A stretch of 26,728 nucleotides of DNA from Thermoplasmata archaeon. GTDB lineage: Archaea; Thermoplasmatota; Thermoplasmata; UBA10834. The translations under genes were made by a program, and so were the position numbers. Below, piece by piece: positions 8,674 to 16,514 of this stretch. The notes under the pieces are model-generated. The model worked only from the letters and a program-made list of their open reading frames with translations, was not told where the DNA came from and searched no databases. Every line of letters begins with the position of its first letter. Position 1 is the first letter of the stretch. The stretch lies in assembly GCA_022865445.1 (NCBI GenBank), contig JALHSX010000153.1, forward strand, positions 1 to 26,728, in the 5' to 3' direction.

Positions 8674-9057
8674 ATGGATCTCGGACAGCTTATCCTCCTC
8701 ATCATTGCGATTGCGCTCGTCTCAGTGATCTTTTACATCAGTGGCGCGATAGTGGGCGGGGATTGGGTCGTCCAGGCGCCTTATGTACTGCGAATTGTCA
8801 TCGTATCGATATTCGCTGTCGTGGCCATCCCTGTGTTTAGGAATGCGATGGGGGAATTCGACCTCGGAGATCTGGGTCTGCTGTTTGCGTTCGTACTCCT
8901 CATCCTAGCTGTCAGGTTCATCTTGGTCATTGAGCTAACGGTGAGTGATGAATGGCTCGCATCCATAGTCATTTCACTTATCGGCGTCGTGCTTATCTAC
9001 ATAGTCGACGAGGTCGCGATGCATCTGGCGGATATCCAGATGCTGTCGCTTTTCTAG
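8674..9057 (+). CDS. Small hypothetical integral membrane protein (~4 TM helices)
   Basis: Four hydrophobic stretches from MDLGQLILLIIAIAL onward. Start uncertain (8506, 8638 or 8674); the upstream part of the long ORF is hydrophilic and not protein-like. Confidence 0.7.
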   Translation: MDLGQLILLIIAIALVSVIFYISGAIVGGDWVVQAPYVLRIVIVSIFAVVAIPVFRNAMGEFDLGDLGLLFAFVLLILAVRFILVIELTVSDEWLASIVISLIGVVLIYIVDEVAMHLADIQMLSLF

Positions 9058-10160
9058 ATGACCAGGAATTCCTTAGGAGCGGATGTCAGTATTCGGCATC
9101 CTTTCTTCGTGACCAGGATGTCATCCTCAATCCGGACCCCGCCGAAATTCCTCTCGTACACTCCAGGCTCAACGGTAAGAACCATTCCTTCCCTCAGGGT
9201 CATGTCCCTGGCAGAGGATATCGAGCCGGGGTCATGAACCGAGAGCCCAAGGCCGTGGCCTGTGCTGTGGATGAACTTGCCCTTGAACCTCGATCCGTCA
9301 ATTATCCTGCGGGCTGCTTGATCGACTTTCTTTCCTCGAACGCCGTCGTGTATTGCGTCGATGGCAGCCAACTGTGCTCTTAGGACGACATCGTACATCT
9401 CCTTCTGCTTGGCGCTCGCTCTTGAGCACACGAAGGTTCTGGTCAGGTCCGCTGCGTATCTCTTGTATGATGCGCCGAAATCGAACAGTGCCAGTTGTCC
9501 TTTCTTGAGTCTCCGAGATGCAGGAACATAGTGCGGCTCCGCGGTGCCAGGACCAAACGACGCGTTGGTCGCAAAGGAGGGACCTGCCGCCCCCAGCTTC
9601 ATCATCCTATAGTTCAACTCTGCCGCTGCCTCAGTCTCCATCTGCCCTTCTCTCACGAGCTCTGGAATCTCCTCCGCGGTCCTGCACGTGATGTCGCAGG
9701 CCTTCTTGATACGAGAGATCTCTTGCGCGTCCTTGATCATCCTGGCTTTGCCGATTGCTTCTGAAACGTCTTTCAATCTGGCCCCCTTCGCGCACTTCCT
9801 TATGAACTGGTAGTTGGCGTGAGTCAACTCTCGTGAGTTGATCCCGATTCTCTCGTACCCCTTCAGACGCTTTGCCAGCGTTTCATCACGTTCCTTCCTA
9901 GTCTGGAACACGGTGGTCTTGGCTCCAGCTAGCCTCGCGCTCAGTTCCTCCAGCTCGGATGAGAGGACTTCGACCCCTCGGCGCGTCACGATGGCCACGC
10001 AATCCTCGAACAGGCCATTCACAATGCCGGTCGCGTAGAAGAAGCTCAGGTCTAAGTTGGGTTCCGAGGCGTTCGTAAGAACGATTGCATCTATCTCCGT
10101 CTTGAGCTGCGAGAAAATCCTCTTCTCTTTCGTGGCCAAGTGATCACGACGAATTCGCAT
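9054..10160 (-). CDS. M24B Xaa-Pro aminopeptidase/prolidase
   Basis: Creatinase-type N-domain plus metal ligands in DFGASYKRYAADLTRT, HSTGHGLGLSVHD, TVEPGVY, GVRIEDD. The true start may be TTG at 10139. Confidence 0.94.
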   Translation of the reverse strand: MRIRRDHLATKEKRIFSQLKTEIDAIVLTNASEPNLDLSFFYATGIVNGLFEDCVAIVTRRGVEVLSSELEELSARLAGAKTTVFQTRKERDETLAKRLKGYERIGINSRELTHANYQFIRKCAKGARLKDVSEAIGKARMIKDAQEISRIKKACDITCRTAEEIPELVREGQMETEAAAELNYRMMKLGAAGPSFATNASFGPGTAEPHYVPASRRLKKGQLALFDFGASYKRYAADLTRTFVCSRASAKQKEMYDVVLRAQLAAIDAIHDGVRGKKVDQAARRIIDGSRFKGKFIHSTGHGLGLSVHDPGSISSARDMTLREGMVLTVEPGVYERNFGGVRIEDDILVTKKGCRILTSAPKEFLVI

Positions 10161-10193
10161 AATGCGATTGAGCGTATAAAGAGCTGATGCTGG

Positions 10194-11000
10194 CTACACG
10201 CCAACCCAGGTGGTTCCTGTGATCTTCTTGATGGCAGAAATCGCAGAGAGCGCGGCCAAGTAACTGGTTTTCGGGTTCCTTGGTGAGGGGACGTTCCTGG
10301 TGACTACATCGAGTTCGCCGAATTTGCCTTTGGCTTTGAGATGGTGCTCGTTCGTCTGGACCTGAGGGTCACACATTATCCTTATGCGGGTCTTCTCGAA
10401 GCCTATCCCAGCAAGCGATATGGTCGCAGCGACATTGATGTTTTGGGGGAAGTGCTTGACCGCCTCCCTCGCGGTCCCGTAGAACAGTTCGGTCCGCTCC
10501 CGCAGTTCCGACGCCACGATCCCCTTCGACTCAAGGTAGGGGTTTGGCCCGAACGCTGATGGCGGTTTGGTCGTTGTCAACGTCACTTCGTCGATCTGTT
10601 CGAGGCTTGCAGCTCCGAGAGCGTCTATTCCGCCGATCGCTCCGCTCGGCATGTAGATCTTGGCGCTCTTGCGCTTTGCCAGTCTGAACGCATCCTTCTG
10701 GAATTCCTCGTCCTGGAAGATCCCGACACTCATGATCAGAACATCCACTCCGGCAGAAAGTGCAAGCGGCACGTAGTACCTCGCAGCATCCTGGCTCGCG
10801 GCCTCAACGACCAACTTTATGTCGTTGAGTATGGGGACGATGTCAGGCACGTACCTCACTTTTGTCATCTTCTCCTGGAGCCTGGTCGCGCACTCCTTCG
10901 AGCGGTCTGTCAGATAGACGATATTGATCTCTGGCATCGGCTCGACAGCACGCGCGATTGTCGTTCCAATCGCCCCGCAACCAATGACGCAGATGTTCAC
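10194..11000 (-). CDS. nadX: L-aspartate dehydrogenase (NAD biosynthesis)
   Basis: IGCGAIG, VEAASQDA, MSVG, PSGAIGGID, FPQNINVAA, NPKTSYLAALS. Start at GTG 11000 is supported by a strong TATA 22 nt upstream. Confidence 0.93.
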   Translation of the reverse strand: MNICVIGCGAIGTTIARAVEPMPEINIVYLTDRSKECATRLQEKMTKVRYVPDIVPILNDIKLVVEAASQDAARYYVPLALSAGVDVLIMSVGIFQDEEFQKDAFRLAKRKSAKIYMPSGAIGGIDALGAASLEQIDEVTLTTTKPPSAFGPNPYLESKGIVASELRERTELFYGTAREAVKHFPQNINVAATISLAGIGFEKTRIRIMCDPQVQTNEHHLKAKGKFGELDVVTRNVPSPRNPKTSYLAALSAISAIKKITGTTWVGV

Positions 11001-11022
11001 GGCGAAAACAGAGGGCAGGGAG

Positions 11023-11036
11023 ATATAAAAACTTTC
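11023..11036 (-). promoter_or_regulatory. BRE/TATA promoter of nadX (leaderless)
   Basis: Minus strand GAAAGTTTTTATAT, 22 nt before GTG 11000. Confidence 0.65.
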
Positions 11037-11126
11037 ACTGTTGACACCTCCACGCCTAGCCAGCATCCTCATTTTCCTTTGCGCATACTATTTGTGCGAG
11101 TCTCACGTTATGCGAAGAGAAATCGA

Positions 11127-11822
11127 ATGACACGGTCTCATGGCACCGCTTCCCTGAAGCGAAAAGCAACGGATATCGACAGAATGCTCACAAAGGCCTA
11201 TGGCAGGAAGGTTGTGGAACTCGAAGACGATCCTTTGGATACGCTTGTCGAGACAATCCTGTCTCAGAACACAACTGACAGGAATTCCCACAGGGCTTTT
11301 CAAGCACTGAAGAAAGCCTATCCGAGGTGGGGCGATCTTATGGGCGAGGATGCGGACAAGGTCGCGAAGGTGATTCGCTCCGGAGGCCTCGCTGGGATCA
11401 AGGCTTCTAGGATACTGGGTGCCCTGGAATTCATCAATAGGGAGAGGGGCGTCCTAAACCTCGATTTTCTGAGGGACATGAGTCCACAGGATGCTGAGGC
11501 TTGGCTGGCCCAGATGAAAGGTGTCGGTCCGAAGACGAGATCCATCGTCTTGTTGTTCTCCTTGGGAATGCCAGCTTTCCCGGTCGATACACACATACAC
11601 AGAGTGACAAAACGGATCGGGCTCATTGGTCCGAGGGTCTCGCGTGAGCAGGCGCAGACGGACCTGGCGGCCCTTGTCCCTCGAAGTGAATTCTTCAATT
11701 ACCACATCAACCTGATTGAGCATGGACGAACGGTCTGTCAGGCGCGGAAGCCTAGATGCCCAATGTGCCAGATATCCAGGTATTGCGACTACTTCGTTCG
11801 GACAGCCAAGGCAGAGAGTTGA
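11127..11822 (+). CDS. nth: Endonuclease III-family HhH-GPD DNA glycosylase with [4Fe-4S] cluster
   Basis: ILSQNTTD, HhH KGVGPKT, FPVDTHIHRV, C-x6-C-x2-C-x5-C (CQARKPRCPMCQISRYC). Start uncertain (11079, 11127 or later). Confidence 0.92.
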   Translation: MTRSHGTASLKRKATDIDRMLTKAYGRKVVELEDDPLDTLVETILSQNTTDRNSHRAFQALKKAYPRWGDLMGEDADKVAKVIRSGGLAGIKASRILGALEFINRERGVLNLDFLRDMSPQDAEAWLAQMKGVGPKTRSIVLLFSLGMPAFPVDTHIHRVTKRIGLIGPRVSREQAQTDLAALVPRSEFFNYHINLIEHGRTVCQARKPRCPMCQISRYCDYFVRTAKAES

Positions 11823-11849
11823 TATATCGACAACAGTCTTTTTGGCACG

Positions 11850-12254
11850 ATGAGGTACAAGCTTCTCGAGCACACGGCCGATGCGATGATCGAAGCATAC
11901 GGTGAGACGCTTGGCGAGAGATTCGCTAACGCTGCCTATGCCATGTTCGATCAAATCACCGACGTGACGAAGATCGAGCCTCTCGGCGAGTTTAAAATCG
12001 TGCTCAAGGCAGAGAATAGGGAACAGCTTCTGGTCGATTTCCTTCAGGAACTTCTGTTCGTCCACGACGCGGAAAACCTAGTGTTTGGCGAGTTCGAAGT
12101 GAGAACGGACGGAAAAGCGCTTGAGGCGCTGGTGAAAGGGGAGGAGTTCGATGAGAAGAAGCACCCGAAGAGGTCCGTTGTCAAAGGGATCACGTACCAT
12201 CGTCTTGAGTTTGACGACGAAGAAGGAAATGTTACCGTATTGTTCGATGTCTGA
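11850..12254 (+). CDS. Archease (RtcB tRNA-ligase cofactor)
   Basis: YKLLEHTADA.IEAYG.TL...F.NAA, LLVDFLQELL, VKGITYH. Confidence 0.94.
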   Translation: MRYKLLEHTADAMIEAYGETLGERFANAAYAMFDQITDVTKIEPLGEFKIVLKAENREQLLVDFLQELLFVHDAENLVFGEFEVRTDGKALEALVKGEEFDEKKHPKRSVVKGITYHRLEFDDEEGNVTVLFDV

Positions 12255-12263
12255 GGTGACTCG

Positions 12264-13223
12264 GTGAAAGGTTCCGCTATCGCTCATCCAATCGAGGGAT
12301 TGATCAAGTACCACGGGCTGAAGGACGAGATACTGAGGATACCTTTTCATGATTCGATATCCGTCGCCACATCTCCAACCGCATCGCACACTACAGTGGA
12401 GTTCGGCAGGTTCAAGAAGGACATTGCCAGCGTTGACGGGAAGCAACTGGCAGATCGAGAGCTCGAACGAGTTGTGTTTGTCGTGGACGAGGTGCGACGC
12501 AGGAGCGGCTTGGATCTCAAGTTCAGGATGGCCTCCAAGAACAACTTCATGTCCAACGTTGGGCTCGGCGCGTCCGCATCAGGTTTCGCAGCGCTCGCGG
12601 TCGCAGCATCGAAGGCCGCTGGGCTGAAGCTATCTCTCGAGAAGAGGGCAGTGATAGCAAGGCGAGGCGCGGGTTCGGCGACCCGGTCAGTCACGGGCGG
12701 ATTCTCCCGTTGGAGGGCAGGGTTCGAGGACGAGGAGTCGTATTCGTACCAGATTGCCTCTGAAGATCTCCAGATGGGAATAGTCGTTGCATTGATTCCG
12801 GCGTTCAAGTTCACGGAGGATGCGCACAAGGCTGTGCTGACATCACCATTCTTCCATTCCAGGTTGGCTTTCGTTCATGGCGCACTTGCCGAGATGGAGA
12901 ACGCGATCCGGAAACGTAACATCGAGAAGATCGGCATCCTAGCCGAGCGAGATTCCCTGATACTACATGGCATAACGATGACCAGCATCGACGAGATGAT
13001 GCTATGGCGGCCGGAAACGGTGAAGGTCATCCTCGAAGTCAAGAAGATGCGCTCCGAGGGGCTTCCTGCATTCTTCTCCATCGACACGGGCGCCACAGTC
13101 TACGTCAACACAAAACCCAAGCATGTCCAAGAGATCGAAGCCAGAATCAAGGACTTGGGGATAGAGACAATCAGATGCGGCGTCGGTGGCTGTGCGAAGT
13201 CTACTCAGAAACACTTGTTCTAG
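12264..13223 (+). CDS. mvaD: GHMP-family mevalonate-pathway decarboxylase, haloarchaeal-type phosphomevalonate decarboxylase
   Basis: AHPIEGLIKYHG, PFHDSISV, GLGASASGFAA, RRGAGSATRS, FSIDTGATVYVN. Shine-Dalgarno GAGGTGA at 12253-12259 precedes the GTG. Confidence 0.88.
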   Translation: MKGSAIAHPIEGLIKYHGLKDEILRIPFHDSISVATSPTASHTTVEFGRFKKDIASVDGKQLADRELERVVFVVDEVRRRSGLDLKFRMASKNNFMSNVGLGASASGFAALAVAASKAAGLKLSLEKRAVIARRGAGSATRSVTGGFSRWRAGFEDEESYSYQIASEDLQMGIVVALIPAFKFTEDAHKAVLTSPFFHSRLAFVHGALAEMENAIRKRNIEKIGILAERDSLILHGITMTSIDEMMLWRPETVKVILEVKKMRSEGLPAFFSIDTGATVYVNTKPKHVQEIEARIKDLGIETIRCGVGGCAKSTQKHLF

Positions 13224-13971
13224 TCAGGCCCATTGAACCGCTCTTTTGTCGCTCTATGGCATCTCTCAGGGAGAGTTCTCCTTTGGCAACCCTCCTGGCT
13301 AGCTCTTTGGAGACTGTCAGACTGCCAGAGCTCTCCAGCCTGCTTATGCGCTGGATGTTCCTGATCTCACCAGGACACGGGTCGGTCTCCTGCCTTTTCC
13401 CAGGCTTGTATCCTGGTGTCATCGCGATTTCCACTGCGGCGTCCTCATCTGGCGTATGAGACCTTTTCGTCGTGTTTCTCTCGTCGACGATCTCGAGCAT
13501 GTGTCCCTCGTCCCAGAGGGTGTTGAAGATCCTGTTCCTGTTGGTCCGGTCGCCGTGGCCGATCCTTACTACAACATTCGCCTCGGGGTACTCTTGTACG
13601 ACCTCGTCCACTACTTCCCCGACAGCCTCTGGAGATTCGGCTAGAGACCTTATCAGTACGACGCCGTCCCCGAGGACGGCCACTCCAGGCCTGACGCCAG
13701 GGTCGATTCCGATCGTCAGTTCCTTGACCCTGCTGTAAGCAGACATCATCATCTTGGCTCGTGCGATTGCGACACCGGGGTCGGAATCGGTCACGATCTT
13801 ATCGAACGGGATCCTGCGCTTCTCCTCTTCAGTTGTTATGATGGCGCCGACATCCGCAGGCACAGGCTCTCCGAAATTCAGAGACACCACCTTCAAGTTC
13901 GCTCCGCGCAGGGTCTCCAGCATTTCGAAGTATACTCTGGGGTTCTCTGTCAACAGTCCGATCGCCCGCAT
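13201..13971 (-). CDS. Hypothetical protein with central YqgF/Tex-like RNase H fold
   Basis: IGIDPG..PGVA, VRIGHG, IVDERNTT, DEDAAVEIA, flanked by an N-terminal alpha/beta segment and a C-terminal helical segment. Start at ATG 13971 is supported by AAAACCTATTTAT at 14010-13998. Confidence 0.72.
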   Translation of the reverse strand: MRAIGLLTENPRVYFEMLETLRGANLKVVSLNFGEPVPADVGAIITTEEEKRRIPFDKIVTDSDPGVAIARAKMMMSAYSRVKELTIGIDPGVRPGVAVLGDGVVLIRSLAESPEAVGEVVDEVVQEYPEANVVVRIGHGDRTNRNRIFNTLWDEGHMLEIVDERNTTKRSHTPDEDAAVEIAMTPGYKPGKRQETDPCPGEIRNIQRISRLESSGSLTVSKELARRVAKGELSLRDAIERQKSGSMGLTRTSVSE

Positions 13972-14193
13972 CTGAGATGATATCTGCGCCTCTGCAGATA
14001 AATAGGTTTTGGTTGGCGAGATCGTCGGTATGGATTTCGGCCAGTCATCGAGACGCTCGTTCTCCATCACCTGTCTCCCAAACCCTTTTCAAAACCATTC
14101 TTATCGAGCAAAAGACCATAGGGATGGAAAGAAAGGGGCCTAGGCGCCGACCTCAATTCCCGCTGATTGAGAATCAGCCAGGTAGGCAGGAAA

Positions 14194-14232
14194 TGGACCC
14201 CTGGGATTTGAACCCACCAAAATGACGGGCTC
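14194..14232 (-). pseudogene. Degenerate tRNA remnant, tRNA-Ala-like (T-arm plus acceptor-stem sequences, no D or anticodon arm)
   Basis: Minus strand GAGCCCGTCATTTTGG-TGGGTTCAAATCCCA-GGGGTCCA contains a canonical GGTTCRAATCC T-loop with 4-bp stem and a GGGTCC-A 3' end. Confidence 0.6.
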
Positions 14233-14431
14233 GACTCGAAAGGGTATAAGACCTCTCGTTTATCGCGTCTTTGGAGGGGAGCGGAGATTCGCGTCTAAAC
14301 CCCTTCTTCAATTTTCCTATTTCGGAGAGCGGGCCGCTGAACGAGCTGTCAAATCCTGAAAATCATGAAATCAGAGCGGAGCAACTGTCAAGGCCAGGCT
14401 CAAGCGCTACCCCACAGGATGGTAAGCAGAA

Positions 14432-16300
14432 TTAATTGTTCTCCGTCCGGTCGCTCGTCTTTAGATACCCCACTACCAACTCGAGGCCACCAGCCATCAA
14501 CAACCGCATCATGTTCGGCTGCTTTTTGATCCCTCGGTTCGAGGCGAGCATTTTTCCAAAGATACGGATACTATCAATAATGTTCAGACCGCGACCCCCG
14601 CCGAACTCGAAATAGTTTAGATCCACATCCATGTTGATAGTGTTCAGGTCAGATTTTCCTGGGATGACTTGGATATACTCTACCCCATCTCGCGTGGTCT
14701 TTAGGATCCAGCTTGTAATAGCCATTCCATTGCTCATCACTGTGAGCTGCACAGTCTGATTGCCAAGGAGTCTTAGGAACAAGGTCATGTCGATGATGTG
14801 GTGTACCCCCACCTCCCTCGTGTAACCTTCCACACCTGGGTCCGCTGACTTCTCTATTACCGCCAGCACATGTTTCCCAAGGTTCTTGTTCCGAAGCTGC
14901 GAGCCAATCTCAATCGAGAAACTCAGCTCCTGCATCTTTTCATCGATGAATTTGGCGAGCGACCTTTTGGACGCATGCCTTATCAGGTGCATCCGTTCCT
15001 TTTCGATGAACATGTCTACAGTCCAGAATCTGGCCATACAGATGGAGGCCAGCTCTTCGATCCGTTCACTGGAGATGTGTTTGGACTTGAATGTCGAGTG
15101 CATCTCATCATAACGATTCCAATCGGTTTCAAAGATCCGCCCTTGGGCATTCAAGTCCTCATAGAATCGAGTGCCGGGAAAAGGCGTTGCGATGCCGTAG
15201 GCTGTGCTCGTAAGCCCTATCCTCTTGGCGTAAGTGGGAAATTCCAGTATCTGGTCTTCGGTCTGCTCGGGGAGGCCGATGACAAATGTCCCGCCTGCAT
15301 TCCCACCCCATCTTTTTATGTTGTTGACCGCTTGGATGTGCACGTCTGTGCTCATGCCCTTGGATACGGATTTGATGTCCTCCATGTTCGGACTCTCTAT
15401 GCCCATCTCGAAACCCTCTACCCCCACTGCAATCATTTTCCGCACGATGTCAGGATGCTTCGCCACCGAGTCGGCCCGCACCTTGACGCCGAAGCGTATG
15501 TCGAGCTCATGCTGAGCCAAGAGGTCACACAGCCGCTCCACCCGCTCTGGTCTCCCCAGGAACTGAGGGTCGGTGACATCTATGCTAAGGGGCTTGTGGT
15601 CGTGGAAGGAGACTATTCTCAAGATCTCCTCCATCACATTCTCGGGAGAGCGGAAGCGCTGATGACCTTTGCTCATGGTTGGTTCGCAACAGAAAGTGCA
15701 TCTGCCAAAACACCCTCTAGATGTCGTCAAGACGTCGTACTCGCGGTCTCGCAACAGCTTTGTACCATAGGCATATCTCCTAAGGTGCCGCGCGGGAAAA
15801 GGTAGGCTGTCCAGGTTCTCAATGAACTCTCGATCAGGGTTATGGATTATCTGCTCCTTCTTCCTGTACGAGACGCCCCGCACGCCTTGTGGTCCTCCTT
15901 TTTCGACCAGCTCCCGCATGGTGATTTCACCCTCGCCACGGACTACCAGGTCCACCTGGGGCTGCGATAAGAGCTCATCCGGGATGGCTGTGGGGTGATA
16001 TCCACCCAATACGGCCAAGGCCCCGTGACTCTTGGCCAACCGCGCGATTTCCAGACCTTCGCTGTGCTCCGTGGCTGACATCGTTATCCCCACAAGGTCA
16101 GGGTCCATGGTGGTCAAGGACTCCTTGACAGCTTCTGCGAAAGGCCTATGCTCCATCTCGAGGTCCAAGATGGTCACATTCTCTACGATATCCTCCGCCG
16201 TGGCAGCAATGTATTCAAGCGCAGTAGGAATCAGGTCGAATGCATATGAGAGGCCGTGTCTGCCAGAAGGCTTGACCAAAAGAAGTCTTTTGAATGACAT
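14432..16300 (-). CDS. Cobalamin (B12)-binding radical SAM protein with ~180-aa C-terminal extension
   Basis: B12-binding domain (DPDLVGIT, VLGGYHPT, DLVVRGEGE), SRGCFGRCTFC (CxxxCxxC), GIES, GTFVIGLP, TPFPGT. SD AGGTGA at 16315-16310 and TATTAATA at 16341-16348. Confidence 0.92.
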   Translation of the reverse strand: MSFKRLLLVKPSGRHGLSYAFDLIPTALEYIAATAEDIVENVTILDLEMEHRPFAEAVKESLTTMDPDLVGITMSATEHSEGLEIARLAKSHGALAVLGGYHPTAIPDELLSQPQVDLVVRGEGEITMRELVEKGGPQGVRGVSYRKKEQIIHNPDREFIENLDSLPFPARHLRRYAYGTKLLRDREYDVLTTSRGCFGRCTFCCEPTMSKGHQRFRSPENVMEEILRIVSFHDHKPLSIDVTDPQFLGRPERVERLCDLLAQHELDIRFGVKVRADSVAKHPDIVRKMIAVGVEGFEMGIESPNMEDIKSVSKGMSTDVHIQAVNNIKRWGGNAGGTFVIGLPEQTEDQILEFPTYAKRIGLTSTAYGIATPFPGTRFYEDLNAQGRIFETDWNRYDEMHSTFKSKHISSERIEELASICMARFWTVDMFIEKERMHLIRHASKRSLAKFIDEKMQELSFSIEIGSQLRNKNLGKHVLAVIEKSADPGVEGYTREVGVHHIIDMTLFLRLLGNQTVQLTVMSNGMAITSWILKTTRDGVEYIQVIPGKSDLNTINMDVDLNYFEFGGGRGLNIIDSIRIFGKMLASNRGIKKQPNMMRLLMAGGLELVVGYLKTSDRTENN

Positions 16301-16496
16301 GGCTGAGTTTCACCTATCACTGCTCGATAAGAGCCACCATTATTAATAGCAAACGAAAATGACCAGAACTGGGTCGCGCTCCGATGACTCCGATACCCCG
16401 ACTATGCTCCATCATTGCGTTTCCCCTCATTCTCCCACCCCGCCTTCTTCCATAAGCTTCAAAATGTCAAATCTAGGGAAATAATGATTTACATAT

Positions 16497-16512
16497 GAAA
16501 TGAACAGTGTTT
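16497..16512 (-). terminator. Putative terminator-like AAAC + pyrimidine-rich tract after dnaJ
   Basis: Minus strand AAACACTGTTCATTTC starting 2 nt after the stop. Confidence 0.35.
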
Positions 16513-16514
16513 GT

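Noticed and set aside
13977-14225. 82-aa plus-strand ORF ending MDPWDLNPPK
   Set aside because: The end is simply the antisense translation of the tRNA-like T-arm, and the ORF overlaps the promoter of the YqgF-like gene.
14194-14300. Intact, intron-containing or permuted tRNA gene
   Set aside because: No D-arm, anticodon arm or bulge-helix-bulge can be built from the upstream sequence. The acceptor stem has a mismatch and a missing base.
14011-16500. Active integrated mobile element around the radical SAM gene
   Set aside because: There is no integrase, transposase, terminal inverted repeat or second att copy in the window. At most this is an old scar.
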